Below, piece after piece: positions 1 through 12,566 of a stretch of DNA of 64,000 nucleotides (position 1 is its first letter; each line of letters starts with the position of its first letter). Both the position numbers and the translations under genes were made by a program. The notes under the pieces were generated by a model. That model was not told the DNA's origin and did not search any database. It worked only from the letters and a program-made list of their open reading frames with translations. This DNA comes from Rebecca billardiae RCC1528 (taxonomy: Eukaryota > Protista > Haptophyta), in contig OZ251231.1 of the NCBI GenBank assembly GCA_965240325.2, forward strand, positions 2,418,001-2,482,000, in the 5' to 3' direction.

Positions 1-794
1 GCCGAGCTCGGGCGCGACGGCGCGCGCCGACGGGGCCGTGTTCAGCATGCTGGGCAAGCTCAGCGGGTCCCGAACCGCGTTAGACGCGTCCGCAGCCGAG
101 GGGGTGCCCCTGCAGGCGGGCGACACGCCGCACGCCGCCCGAGCCTCGGAGTCGAGCCAGCTCACGCTTCCGCCCGGCTTCCGCGTGTTGCACGTGGAGG
201 ACGACAAGATACTCAGGGTGCGCGCGCTGCCGACGCGGCGCGAGGGCCCTCCACGACGCGCGCCGCTCACATCGGCCGCGCTCTCCCCACCCACGCGTGT
301 GCGCGCGCGCGCGCTCGCTGCAGGCGACGCTGAACGCGCGCGTGTTCAAGAAGCACCGCGTGCCGGTTGACTGGCTCGACGACGGCCAGCAGGCTCTCGA
401 GGTGCTCACGGCGGAGCCGTACAAGTACGCCATCGTGCTGTTGGACAACCAGATGCCGCGGATGGACGGCGCGACGGCGACGCGCAAGCTGCGCACGGCC
501 GGGTACGAGGGCATCATCATCGGCATGACGGGCGACCCCGCCGGCTGCCCGGAGCGCGCCGAGTTCGAGGCGTCCGGCCTGGACTGCTGCCTGGACAAGG
601 GCAGCTCCGGCGTGCGCGAGATCATCAGGCTGCTCTTCGAGTCGCAGCAGCTGGATGTTGCCGACGAGGCTGCGGACGGGACGTCTTCCTGTCCGACGAA
701 GAGCAGCACCTGCACGTCGCCGTACTCATCATCACTGAGAGTGAGACTGCTGTCTGTCAGTTCAGTCGACGAGCAGCCCAGTCTCAGCAAATGA
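1..794 (+). CDS. 3' part of a gene ending in a response-regulator receiver domain (possibly a hybrid histidine kinase); exons <1..217 and 324..794
   Basis: Splicing the GT-AG intron 218..323 joins RVLHVEDDKILR to ATLNARVF, followed by IVLLDNQMPRMDG, IIGMTG and LDK. These match the receiver motifs (acidic pair, phospho-Asp, Thr, Lys). The gene is 5'-truncated by the window edge. Confidence 0.85.
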
Positions 795-875
795 CATTAT
801 AGACGACATTGTCTAGCTGCATCGACGACACATGTCACATCAATCGTCTGAATCGTCATCATCATGCATCATTAT

Positions 876-926
<51 letters not shown>

Positions 927-1575
927 CATTGCAAATATATAATAAATACTGCTACTACGCATCCGGCCGCCGGTCATCGGCGGCGTCGCTGATGAGTGGG
1001 CTTGGCAGCTCCGGCGTCCGGTGACCGGTCCGCACCGCCCCGCACCGGCAGGCATGCTGTACTGGAGACAGAGTCAGGTCCGACTGACTCGGTCTCGGAT
1101 AGTAGTCGTCGGTGAGGGCACTGGCGGGCGGGTGAGACTCATCTTAAATACTGTAGTTGGACATTGCCCTGCGCCATATGTGGCGCCCGTCCCCCGAGAC
1201 TGCTGTCTGTCAGTTCAGTCCGGACGAGCAACCCAGCAGACAGCAGTCTCAGCAAATGACATAATTGACATCGTCTTCGTATGCATCGACAACACAGCAT
1301 ATCAAATAAGACATCGCAAAAATCTGTCTGAATCATCATCATACATACACAAAGACGCATCCGCCGGTCATCGGCGGCATCGCTGAGTGGGCTCGGCAGC
1401 TCCGGTCCGCACCGCCCCGCCCCGGCAGGCGCTGTACTAGAGACAGACTGACTGACAGTCCGGTCCGAATCGCGGATAGTCTGGTGAGTCCGTGAGTCAC
1501 GGGCGGCGGCGGCTGTGCTAGACTTACTTGAAATGAAATAGTTGGACATTGCCCTGCGCCATATGTGGCGTGACG
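742..1575. repeat. Degenerate tandem duplication (units ~742-1190 and ~1195-1575) with a (TA)n tract at ~879-925
   Basis: Blocks gagactgctgtctgtcagttcagtc, tctcagcaaatgacat, ccgccggtcatcggcggc and gttggacattgccctgcgccatatgtggcg each occur twice in the same order. Confidence 0.8.
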
Positions 1576-3265
1576 CCATGTCATCACTCCATGACTCGGC
1601 CCGATCATTTATCGCCGGGGACGGGGTTGCCGTTGTGCTCCAGGCCATGAGGTCCTCCTGCGATCGGGCGCTCGGAGCGGAGCGACGAAGAGTGCGGCGG
1701 CATGGGGATCGGGGTTACGGGGTAAGACATCGGAATTATACCGAAACCGGCTGGACGCAGCCTCAGGCTTGTAGTGCGTGCCCCGCTGCCGTAGATCACT
1801 TTGCACTCGATCCCCGTGTCCGTCGCACTCTCCCTACAGTATCGTCGCTGGGATCAGCCCCGACCTGATAGACTGCTTGCCGCCCTTCATTTCAACCGTT
1901 CCTGGCGGCAATCGTCTAGGCTGGCAGCATCGCAAATTGTCCCGTCTTAGTGCTGTCGCACGGGGGGCTGCCGTCAGCCACAGGCGAGATGAGGGTCCAC
2001 TCGTCGCCCGCGCATGTGGTTGATCTGGATCACACCCGCACGTTGGTCATGATCGTCTCCGAGCCGAAGGGAGGCCGTGTCTCCAGCGAGCTCGTTGGAG
2101 ACTTTCGCACCGATCATTTCTGCCAGCCAAGCGAGGTCGCCGATAGGCTACGACATGCTGGGGATGGTCACAAGACGTACTCACAATCGCCCGAGTCGAC
2201 GAGTTGGCGCGCGATGCGTCCGCGCACGGGCGCACCGGCGAGCGACCGTTGTCACCGATGTCAGCAAGCAGCCTCGGCCGAGAGGACAACCGGACCGCGG
2301 GCTTGGGACGTCAACCCCCGAGATCGGTCTCGCAGCGGCCCGGACACGATGGCGCGCCCACGAGAGGCGCGCGTGCGCCCGCCTACCGGCGCTGCAGGCC
2401 GGCGCGGCTGATCGGCGCGGTCCACAGGACACGTGGGCACCGCGCGCGCCTCTTTTCCTGTCCTCTCGCGCTCCTCGCCGCGCGCAGTAGCCCGCTGCCA
2501 AGCCATCAACGCCTGCCAAGCGAGCCGGCGCGCGCACCAAGGGCGCGCGCTCGGCGCGGATAGGGCCAATTAAGGTCGGGGCACGGCATGGGCGAGTGGG
2601 CACGCATGTTATACACCGCTCGGGCGCACGCGTCCGGCGTTCTGCGCGCGCCCTTGCCACTGGCAAGTGCTCGCGCACTGCGCGCGTAACTCACGAATGG
2701 TGCACCTCGCGGCAGCCCGCAGGGTATGCTCTGCATGGAGGCATCCTTCGCTTCCCAGCGGGCGAATCGGTGCCAGCCGCAGCCTGGGGGTCGTCTGTGA
2801 GTACCCCGGTCCAAGATGCCCCATGGGCACGCTGATACGGGTGCTATGTCGTCGATGCTGCCGAGGAGTGCCGAGCGGCTCTGCTCTGTGACGTCCCGGC
2901 ACATGGGCCTTGTCGACTCTCGACCTTCCGCTCCGAGTTCATCACGCCAGACGCAGGCGATGCCGCTGTGCACGCTCGCGTTCGACCACTTCGTACCCAC
3001 CAGACTGGCCCTTCTGTCTCTGTTGGCGTAGGTGGCGTGCGCGCGCGCGCGCGTGCCGCCTGCCACAGTACAGTAGACGTAGTCGGTGCCGCGGACGCGG
3101 TGGCCGTGGGCCGCGTAGCGACCTGCTCGGATAGTCGTAGTCGCTTTAAAATAAGACTGCACAGCCTGGTTGATTTACATATACATCGTCATCATCACTG
3201 CGCGATTTGCTGATGCATCAGTGTCATCAGCGCTCATCATCACCTACATTTATCGGTACAGTAGT

Positions 3266-4247
3266 TTAAGCGGGCAGCGGCGCGCCAAAGCGACAGTACG
3301 CGCGCCGTGCAGAGGTGAGCTCGGGCACGACAGACGGTCCGCGCGCGTCTCCGTCTTGACCGAGAACTTCCTCGCGGTGGCGATGGCGGACTCGTGCTTG
3401 GCCGCCGCCTGCCGTGGCGTGATCTCGCTCGACGACGCACCCGGAGGCGGTGACGCGCACGGGCAGGCGCTGCTCGCATGCCCGTTCCTCACCCAGTCGC
3501 AGATGCCGAGCGCGCGGCATGCGGAGCACTGTGCCAGCGCTGGCGCGGGGCACGCGCGCGCGCTCGCGCTGCCGCCATCGCCCGCGCCGGACTTCTTCGT
3601 CTTCCTCTAGGTGGGCGTCGAGCCCATCGACGGCGGTTCCATCTCTCGCCGCTGCTGCCGTACCCGCGTGCTCTGCGGCCGCGGCCGCGGCCGGCGGCGC
3701 CGGCACCTCGAGACCAGGCAAGAGGCGTGCCGTGGCCGCGACGAGCGCGGGCATCAGGTCGCCAGCCGTCACCTGGCCGTCGAGAGGCTTGAGCGCATCC
3801 TTGTGCGCCGCCGACAGCGCGCACACCGCCGGGCGTACGAGCAGCTGCCGCACGGCGCACACAGCTGTCGCGGGCTGGCTGCATCCACATCACATTTCGA
3901 AACACCCGCTTCCGCTCGGCGCCAGCGCCGCGCCACTCAACCGCGGTTTCGATCGAGCGGAAGTGGGCGGGCTCGCGGACCACCTCGAAGCCGACGATGA
4001 GGCCGAGCGCATCTGCGGCGCCGGGAAGCAGGAACCCGCCGGTGCCCTTGCATTTGGCCGGCGTCGGGAACCAATCCGCCACGCGCACAGCATGGAGCGC
4101 AATCGCTCCAGGAGCGGGCGCGCCTGCGAAGCGGAGGTCGCCCCCAGCACCGGCTGTGAAGCGGGCAGTGTACACGGACAGCGCGCCGTCCTCGTGCGCG
4201 AGGATCACGCCGTCTGGGAGGCCGTCAGTCAGAATGACGCGCGCCAT
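3266..4247 (-). pseudogene. Hypothetical protein gene, probably frameshifted or mis-assembled
   Basis: The coding-like ORF from 4247 (MARVILTDG...NVMWMQ) continues in another frame (PATAVCAVRQLL...) if a 4-nt CAGC duplication at ~3875-3882 is removed. No family recognised; the 3' end is uncertain. Confidence 0.35.
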
Positions 4248-4462
4248 GCCCGCCGCAGCGGCGCAGCGCCTGCGACGGCACGCCTGGCCTGACGCCGTTG
4301 GCGCAGAGGCGGCGCGCCGGACTCACCTCCCGGACGGCACCCCCCCCTGGGGAGGGTTGCCGTCCGGGAGGCGCATTCTCTCCGGACTGGTTCGGGGGTT
4401 AACGCCCCAAGCCGCGGGACCGGAACCACCCACACCGAACTCCAGCTGCACACGGCGCCGCC

Positions 4463-7095
4463 ATGGCCAGGGGCTGGGCGAGTGACGTGATCCATTCGGT
4501 CGCCGCGCGCCTGTGGCCATTCAAGTCGTCGGGCAGCAGGAAGCGGATGCGCACGTCGGAGGTGGAGGATGGCGTGGCCACGGCCCCCAAGCGCCAAAGC
4601 GTGACCGCCGGGTGTGCGCACGCGCGGGCGTTGCCGTCCTGCGAGTGCCGTCATTGTGCGGCGCACCACTCGCCCGCGGGTACTGGCGCGCCCGCTGATG
4701 CGCGCGCACCGGGCGCGCGCGCACGCGGTATGCGGCGTTTTGCACGCGCAGGTCGCTCGGTTCGCCGTCCCGCAGCGCCGTGCTCGACGAGGACTCGCCG
4801 CCCGTGCCAAGCACGAGCCCGCAGTTTGACTCGCCGCCACCATCGCCACCGGCGCAGCCCATGACGGCTGGCGCCAGCGCGCAGCCGTTGCGCTCCAACT
4901 GGCCGCGGCACCAGTCGCACGCGAAGATCCCGAGTGCGCTCGACTCGCTCCGCTCCGGTGAGGACGCGGGGCGCTTCAAGGACGCGCTGAGCACGCGGCG
5001 CTCGAGCGATGTGCTGCTGGCTCTGGGCGGGCGCGCGCTGCCGCACGCGCCGCCGCGCCGCGAGCCGAGCTCGCCGTGGGCGGCATCCCCCGGTGCGGCC
5101 GTCGCGCCGGTCGCCGCGCCGTACGAGCTCCCGCCGCGCCCTGGCGCGGGTGCGGGCGCTGCACCCGCACCCCGCCCCGGCGCTGCGGCCGGCGCGGTTG
5201 GGACGGCGGCTGCGGCTGCGGCTGCGCCCCTCAGCAGGCCAGCGCCGGGTGGCGCGGGCGCGGCGCGGCGCATGCCCCCCGGCCCGTCCGTCGCGGGGTC
5301 GCAGCCGTTCCGGCCTGTGCTGCCGCGCGCGTCCGTGCCGGCGGGCCCGCGCGCGCTCCCCGCGCCGCCGCTCACCACGCGCAGCACGGTCGACTGGTCG
5401 TTCTCGAGTGAGCAGCTGAGCGCACAGCTGCAGCGGCTGCAGACGCTCACGCGCAGGCGCGCGGACGTGGAGCAGGCGAAGGCCGCCGAGGTGGAGCGGC
5501 GGCAGGCGCTGAGCAAGCGCGTGGCGGAGACGCTGGCCGAGCTGCGCGCCTCCACAGAGCTCCCGGGCTGCGCGGAGCACATCTCCCAGCTCGACGTGCT
5601 CAGCCTCGAGCTCGAGAGCGCAGCGGAGGCGCACGCGCGCGCCCACGACGCGCTCGAGGCGGAGCTGAGGCGGCGGCTCGAGAGCTACCGAGCCGCCGCG
5701 CCGCCCGCGGCGGGCGCGCTCCCGCTCGAGCGCGCGGCGCTGCTGGACGCGGCGGCGCGGATCGACGCGCTCGCGCGCGACGTCCGCGCCCTCGCCGACG
5801 ACAACGCCGCGAACGTGCAGGCCGCGGGCTCGCTCGAGACCGCGCTCCGCCAGCTCGCGTGGTGGGCGCCCGACTCCGAGGCGGAGGTGGTGGCGGCCTC
5901 CAAGGACAGCGAGCTCACCGCGCGCGTGGACAGACTGCGCTCGGCGCTCGGCGCGGCGCGCACGCGCTCGCGCGCGCGCGCGGAGCAGGCCACCGCGCTC
6001 GAGGCGCAGCTCGACGCGCTGCGCGCGCTGCACGAGGAGGGCGCGCGCGCGCTCGATCAGCTGAGCGCGCTCGGGCCAACGCCGGGCGGCAGCCGGCGCA
6101 CGCGGCTGCGGCCGCTGAGCGCGGAGCAGGAGCAGACAGTCGCGTCGATGTGGCGGCCGCCGCACCCGAAGCAGCCCGCGCTCGTCGAGCTCGCCGGGCA
6201 GCAGGTCTCCCGCTACGACCTCGCCACGCTGCGCGAGACGCAGTGGGTGAACGACGAGGTGATCAACCTCTACCTCAAGCTCGTGCTCGCCAGGGCGCAG
6301 CGCGACGGCGCGGGCGGGGGCGCGGACGCGCCGCTGCGCGCGCACGTCTTCCAGACGTTCTTCTGGACGAAGCTGATGGAGACGGACGGCGCGTACACGT
6401 ACAAGAACGTGCGGCGCTGGACCAAGAAGGTCGACCTCTTCGCCCTCGACGCGGTCGTGATCCCAATCAACCAGCACCAGACGCACTGGGTGCTCGCGCT
6501 CATCAACGTCAAGGAGCGCCGCTTCGAGTTCTACGACTCGATGGGCGGCGGGGGCGGGAGATACCTCGCCGCGCTGCGGTGCGCGCGCGGCGCGCGCGGC
6601 GCGGCGCACGCGCCGCGCACGCGCGCGGGGCCCGGCCTGCGCCGCGTGCGCTCTCACGCGCGGCGAGCCCCTCGGACCGCGCGCGCGCGCAGCCGCTACA
6701 TCTGCGACGAGTACAGGGACAAGAAGGGCGAGGAACTCGACCTCTCGGGCTGGACCGACCACCGCTGGACCGAGATCCCGCAGCAGACGAACGGCTTCGA
6801 CTGCGGCGTCTTCATGTGCCAGTTCGCCTCGACGATCACGCGCAACGTGGCGATCAACTTCTCGAGCGCGGACATGCCGTATATGCGGTGCGCGCTCACC
6901 GATCCGCGCGGCGCGCATTGCCACGGGCGGCCGCGCGACGAGTGCGCCGCTCACATGCGCGCACCAATGGCGCGCCCACCGGTGCCGCTCCGCGCGCGCG
7001 CGCGCGCACGCGCGCGCAGCAAGCGGATGGTGATAGAGATCCTGGACGAGCGGCTCATGTCAGATGACGAGATTTCTGACGATGACAGCTCGTGA
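4463..7095 (+). CDS. Ulp1/SENP-family SUMO protease (peptidase C48); join(4463..4611,4776..6578,6693..6887,7020..7095)
   Basis: Motifs WVNDEVINLY, FFWTKL, VRRWTKK, PINQHQTHW (His), FYDS (Asp) and QQTNGFDCGVF (Gln/Cys). Three GT-AG introns restore a clean frame. Confidence 0.92.
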
Positions 7096-7314
7096 CTCTC
7101 TGCCTCTGGCCGCGAGCGCGGGCCCGTGGCATCACGACTGTCAGTGTCACGTGTGACAGGGCTCCGAGTGTCAGCACTCAGCCAGCAGGCCAGCTGCCGC
7201 CGGGCGGGCGGGTGGGCCCCGGCGTCATCAGCAGGCTGCAGCGATCATCAGCACGGTGATCAGACGATGACGCGACGACAGATTCCGAAGATCACATATT
7301 CGAAGAATATATAA

Positions 7315-8653
7315 TGGCCCGCGGTGCAGCCTGCAGGGCGCAGAGCGCGCAGCGTGGCCAGCCCGCTCCGTGGGCCCTAACCACGTTTCAAAAAGATCTT
7401 TGATCAAGAAAAAAGGGACGGGGGCGGACGATTTTCATGGCTGGAGGAGACCGAGTTTCGAATTTTGAGACCCTCTCTTCTAACACGCATCACGGCCGAA
7501 AAAGGTCGCGCCCGGCCCTTTTGTATAATAGTCAGAGGATCGAATCAACGAAACCCACGCCCAATAAGTGTGCCAGGCTGGGTAATTGTGGGTAGACTCT
7601 CGTTCATGTAGTGCGCCGCCGCAAGATGCCAAGAACGACCGTTGACATAATAGTCCAACCAACTCCAATAGTGCGAGACATTGAAAAATATCCGCCGCAG
7701 CTATCCGTATCGCGTGCGGCGTGTCCGCCGCGTTTTGTACGCCAGAGACGAGGGGGCGAGCCACGAGCGACCGACTCGTCGCACTCGCGAGGGGACGGGT
7801 GAGGACGGCGATGGCCCCGCGATGGGAGGTACGCGCGGCGAGTGGCGCCTGGTGCGCGCGGCTGCGGCGGGTCCCGACTGACGTGCGACATCGAGTTCGT
7901 GCCCCGCTCACTCCGCGCGCCCCCGCCCGCCCTGTGTCGACTGCCTGCGCGTCCGCCGCGCGTCGGGCCGGCGCCTGCGCCGCGGCAGCCGCCCTGTACT
8001 GGTATTCGGGCTCTCGCAAGCTCGGGGGCAGCGGCGCCAGCCGGCGCCTGATGCCGGACTGATCGATCTCTGAGTCTCCGACTTCACCACGCGCCGCCCT
8101 TGCCATGCCTGGTGCCCTCGCACCTCGGCACCGTGCTCCCTCGGGCTGACAGCACCGCCGACCGCGTGGCCTGGCGTGCACGTAGAGTTGCGCTCATGCG
8201 TCGATCACGCCTCGCGCCCGCCTGTCGGCCGTCGCGCAGGCGCTGGTCGAACCCTACTCGGACCAGTGCAAATCATCTAACTATCCTGGCGCTGCCGGTG
8301 CGCGGTGACCCGAGGGACAGCGGTCAGTCAGCAGCAGCGGCCCGAACGAATCCGCGGCCCCGCACCGTGCTCCCTGGCTGTCAGCTTCGCGTGGCCTGGC
8401 GTGCACGTGGAGTCGCGCTCATGCGTCGATCACGCCTCGTCGCATCCGCCTGTACACAATCGGCGCCGCGCCGGCGGCTGCGAAGTGCGATGGGCCCGCG
8501 CCCGGCGCGGCGGGCGGCGGCGCGCCGCTGGAGTCTAGTTGTACGGGCATGCAACTCCGGGTCTGTCAATAGACGACTGCGATGGAGGGTGCACCGCCAC
8601 CGCGGGCCCTGAACTACGTTCGTTCTACGGAAAAGGACCGCGGAACGCGGTCA
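7315..8653 (+). mobile_element. Family A non-autonomous element, copy A1 (Helitron2/Helentron-like ends)
   Basis: 5' TGGCCCGCGGTG; subterminal inverted copy CACCGCGGGCC ~45 nt from the 3' end; terminal hairpin GACCGCG-GAA-CGCGGTC. The same ends occur at three other sites. Confidence 0.75.
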
Positions 8654-9027
8654 TATATATCGTCATCAGCAGCAGATCATCACAGCTATAGACGATATCA
8701 TCACGAATATTCACGATTGTCGATGTGACTGTGAGGGATGTCCCGGTCCGGGGCCGGGCTGCGGAGCTGCCTTCCGCATCGGCATCGGCATCAGGTCATC
8801 TGTCTCATCAGACGAGAGTCGACGTCGCCGTTGTCGGGTCGGGACACTCGGGTCGATCTGCTCCGTGGCCTGCCGTCAGTCATAGTGGCGCTGCTGATGT
8901 GCCGGCTGTGCCTGTGCGTGTGGCCGCCACAGGATCATGAACCGTCAGCAGCAGACAACTGACATCGTCACGTCTCATCGGATCAGTCGGATCAGACGGG
9001 ATCACTGATCAATGCCCCAGCGGCCCG

Positions 9028-11013
9028 TCAGGTGAAGTGGAACTGCTTGGCAGCGCCGGGGCCATCCGGCAGCTCGAAGGGCGCGGACGAGTCCCCTTCG
9101 ACGACCTCGTTCGCCCCCAGCGTGAGGTCGTCGAGCAGCTCCTCGAGGCCAACCTCCGCCTCGCTCAGCTCGTCCTCCTCCTCGGCCATTGGCTCGGGCG
9201 CCGGCCTGCCCCGAGCGGCGCGGCCCGCAGAGCCGTGCGCGCCCGCGTCCGCTTCGTCGTCGGCGGCGGCGGCGTGCGCGCCGGTCGCGCGCTCCGGCGC
9301 GGTGCCGTGCTTCCCGCGCGCGCGCAGCGCCTGCAGCGCCGCGTGGTCCTTGTACAGGTTGATCCCCGAGCGCATCTCCTTGTCCTCCTCCAGGTCGCGC
9401 AGGAAAGTCTCGTAGTCGGCGCGCGAGCGCTCGACGTCCATCGCGCTCAGCCCGTCGTCCGCCTCCTTGCGCAGCTGCTTGAGGCGCCACACGCGCCGCC
9501 TGTGCGCGCGCGGGGGCACGGGCGCGCGGTGCTCGGCCCCGCCGCTCGACCCGCCGGCGCGCGCCGCGCGCGGGAGCGGGCGCGGGCGCGGGCGCGGCGG
9601 CGCCCAGCGCGCGCGCGCGGCCGCACCTGCGCTTGGCGTGCGAGTACGCCTTGCGCACGAGCAGCACGTCTGGCAGCTGCTCGGCCGAGGGGAGCGAGGG
9701 CACGTCGGTGGCGTCGATGTTGCGCGCGGCGAGGTCGTAGCCCTTCGCGTGGTCGCCCGCCTTGAGCACGCCGCCCAGGTGCGAGCGCACGACGTACTGC
9801 GTGTCGTTCTTCCCGAGGTCGGAGACGCGCGCGACGGTGATGTCGGCCAGCCCAAGCTGCGACGAGGTGGTGCCGCGCTTGGCGTGGCCGCGCTGCTGCG
9901 GCGCGAGCAGCGGCGAGACGTCGAGGACGACGAAGTCGCGCAGGTGCTCGCGCGTGCACAGCGAGCGGAAGGGCCGTTTGAAGAACGCCTGCGCGGACAG
10001 CTCCACCCCCTTGAGCGTCCCCACGTCCACAAAGTGCAGGTTGTTCGCCACCTGAGAACGGAGCGGCGCGCGCGCGGCGCGAGCGGACGCGCGGGGGGCT
10101 CGCGCGCGGCCGCGTCGGCACTCGGGGCCCCGGGGCGCGGGCCGACGGCGTGGCGCGCGGGCGCGCGCGCGCGCGCGCGGGCATGCGCGGCGTGCGCGCG
10201 CGCCTTGGTGCACAGCACGAGCGGGCACACGTTGGAGAGGTGCGCGGCCGTCTCCTTGGGCAGGCACACGAGGTCGTCCTTGCACACCGGCACCAGCTCG
10301 ACCGAGAACGTGTACTTGTTGCGGTGCACGCCGGTGTGCGTGTCGTGCGTGATCATCTGCCGCGCCGTCTTGTACCGCAGCGGCGCGACCGTCTGCAAGA
10401 AGCTCACCAGCTTCTCCGACGCGTTCTTCTCCGAGTGGAAGAAGTCGAGCCCATCTCGCATCTCCGAGATCGAGCTGGCGTCCGCGTGCGCGTTGTGCCG
10501 CAGGATGAGCTGCTCGAGCCAGAACATGGTGCGCTTGTGCTGCACCTTCTGGCGCACTTGCACGACCGACACCCAGTAATCCTTCGCCTCCACGCGCTGG
10601 CACTTCTCGCACTGCCGGTTCGCGACGACAAACTCGACGACGAGCGTCTGCTGCAGCACGGCGTTCAGGATCACCTCCTTCTGCACGACGAGCTTGAGCT
10701 TGATGCGCTTCGAGTGCGCCTCGGTCCACACGAAGGACGCATCCACCAGCCGCACCTGGTCCAGCCCGCGCACCCGCTTGAGCAGGATCGCGAGCAGCTC
10801 CTTCGACTCGGGCTCGCATGCGACCCAGCCGCCCGAACGCTCAAATCGGTTGCAGCCACGGCAGTGGTTCTGCGCGACCTGCCGCGCGATGCCCTCGGTG
10901 ATGTCCACCTTGCTGCGCAGGCAGTCGATGCACATGTTCGTCGGGTTCGTCTGCGTCGGCGTGCCGCACTCGCAGCACAGGACCCTCGCGCCGCCATCGT
11001 CGTCTTCCATCAT
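9028..11013 (-). CDS. NMD3: 60S ribosomal export protein NMD3; complement(join(9028..9499,9627..10051,10204..11013))
   Basis: Motifs CCECG..NMCIDCLRSKVDITEGI, LVDASFVWTEAHSKRIK, VVQVRQKVQHKRT, SHLGGVLKAGD, DYETFLRDLEEDKEMRSGINLYK and the C-terminal NES-like LEELLDDLTL. Intron 10052..10203 has a GC donor. Confidence 0.96.
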   Translation of the reverse strand: MMEDDDGGARVLCCECGTPTQTNPTNMCIDCLRSKVDITEGIARQVAQNHCRGCNRFERSGGWVACEPESKELLAILLKRVRGLDQVRLVDASFVWTEAHSKRIKLKLVVQKEVILNAVLQQTLVVEFVVANRQCEKCQRVEAKDYWVSVVQVRQKVQHKRTMFWLEQLILRHNAHADASSISEMRDGLDFFHSEKNASEKLVSFLQTVAPLRYKTARQMITHDTHTGVHRNKYTFSVELVPVCKDDLVCLPKETAAHLSNVCPLVLCTKARAHAAHARARARAPARHAVGPRPGAPSADAAAREPPARPLAPRARRSVLRWRTTCTLWTWGRSRGWSCPRRRSSNGPSARCARASTCATSSSSTSRRCSRRSSAATPSAAPPRRSLGWPTSPSRASPTSGRTTRSTSCARTWAACSRRATTRRATTSPRATSTPPTCPRSPRPSSCQTCCSCARRTRTPSAGAAARARWAPPRPRPRPLPRAARAGGSSGGAEHRAPVPPRAHRRRVWRLKQLRKEADDGLSAMDVERSRADYETFLRDLEEDKEMRSGINLYKDHAALQALRARGKHGTAPERATGAHAAAADDEADAGAHGSAGRAARGRPAPEPMAEEEDELSEAEVGLEELLDDLTLGANEVVEGDSSAPFELPDGPGAAKQFHFT

Positions 11014-11217
11014 GGCGACGTGGCGGCCGGGCGGGCGTGACCGCGTGCTTGCAACGCGTGACAAGGCGCTGGTCACTGAAGTTGGGACTCGGGTCACGGG
11101 GAAGTGGAACCGGAAAAGGGGCGATGCCACAATCATTGCCACTGAGCCACTGAGGCTGTGCCACTGAGCCACTCTGCCCTACTACACTATTTATTGCTCG
11201 CACGCCCGCGCTTCTCT

Positions 11218-12411
11218 TCAGCCAGCCGACACGGGCGTTGCTGATGCGGCCAGGCTGCGCGCCTCCTCCAGCTGCGCCAGCACGCGCCGTGCCGCCCCTT
11301 CGCTCGCAAAGACGTTACCAGGGTAGAAGAGGAGCGCGTGTGCCGCGCTGTCGCGGCAGAGGGCGCCCGCAGCCTCGAGGCCGAGCAGGTACTCACGCGC
11401 GAGGAGCGGCGAGATGCCCAGGGCGAGCCCGGCGTCGACGGCGCTCACGCCGGGCCGCGAGTCTGCGAGCTCCCGGAGCGCGCGCTCCAGCTCGGCCGTG
11501 CCCCTGTCCTGCAGCCGCAGAGCCATCACGCCGCTGTGGAAGCTGTGCAGCCGCACAGGCAGCGACAGCGGCTCGAGCAGCCGCGCGGCCTGCACGAGGT
11601 CGGCAGGCGAGACGAGCTCCGTGCCGCGCGCGCGGTTGAAGAGGCAGTACACATCGGTGAGCGCAAGCACGCCGCTGCTCGCGCGCAGCGGCCCGATCGC
11701 AAAGTCGGCGAGCTCGCGCGCGAGCTCGGTGTGGAAGGCCTGGCCGTGCGCCGCGCGCGTGACGGGGGCGCTGATGCCAAAGAGCCTGAAGCGGTCCATC
11801 TCGCGGCGCTCGTCCTCGTCGCGCGTCTCGCCCGAGCGCTCACGCTCGGCGAGCTTCGCCGCGAGGGCCACCACCTTCTCCGCGTGCTCCATCAGCGCCG
11901 AGAGGTCCGCAAACGCCTGCTGCATGGTGCGCGCGGTCGCCGCGTGCCCGTGCTGCTGCGCGCGCGCGAGCCCGGCGACGCCCGCGCTCGTCGTCGAGAA
12001 GGACGGCGGCACGGGCTTCTGCTGCGCGAGTTGTCGCTGCCGCTCCGCCGCCGCGGCCTCCATGCGCGATCGCAGCTGCTGCTCGAACTGCTCGGCCTGC
12101 TTGGCCGAGCCAAAGGTGAACTCAGCGACCGGCGCATCCGCGCCGCTCGCGTGAGTGCACACCTCCAGGACCGACGAGCGGCCGAGGCCCAGGAAGCCCG
12201 TCGAGCGTGCGCGCACGGAGAGTACGCCTTGCAGGGCGAGCGCCAGGCACACGCCCTCGCCGATGAAGACGAGCCTCGCGCTCGAGACCGTCAGCACGCC
12301 GGTCCGCTGATCCTCGCGCGAGTGCATGCGCACATCGCGCGCGACGAGGTACTCGACTTCGCCTTCGGCGTAGAGCACCTTGCCGCTCGGCGTGAGCTCG
12401 GCGGGCTCCAT
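11218..12411 (-). CDS. VPS36: ESCRT-II subunit VPS36
   Basis: GLUE/PH-like N-terminus, then AGVAGL, QAFADLSALMEHAEKVVALA, FHTELARELADF, LTDVYCLFNRARGTELVSPADL and GALCRD..FYP. Confidence 0.92.
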   Translation of the reverse strand: MEPAELTPSGKVLYAEGEVEYLVARDVRMHSREDQRTGVLTVSSARLVFIGEGVCLALALQGVLSVRARSTGFLGLGRSSVLEVCTHASGADAPVAEFTFGSAKQAEQFEQQLRSRMEAAAAERQRQLAQQKPVPPSFSTTSAGVAGLARAQQHGHAATARTMQQAFADLSALMEHAEKVVALAAKLAERERSGETRDEDERREMDRFRLFGISAPVTRAAHGQAFHTELARELADFAIGPLRASSGVLALTDVYCLFNRARGTELVSPADLVQAARLLEPLSLPVRLHSFHSGVMALRLQDRGTAELERALRELADSRPGVSAVDAGLALGISPLLAREYLLGLEAAGALCRDSAAHALLFYPGNVFASEGAARRVLAQLEEARSLAASATPVSAG

Positions 12412-12566
12412 GGGTGAGCAGGGTGGTGCGCGTGCGCACGGCCGCTCCTCACGTCGGGGCGCGCGCACGCGAGCCAAGCGCCGCCGCGGCCGCACGGACT
12501 CGAGTGCCGGTGGGCGGTGGCTCGCTTGGCGGCGGCGGCGGTAAGGCGGCGTCGCTTCGAGCCACC

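Noticed and set aside
1580-3170. Possible decayed gene or TE remnant
   Set aside because: Only short interrupted ORFs, with no recognisable domain or termini.
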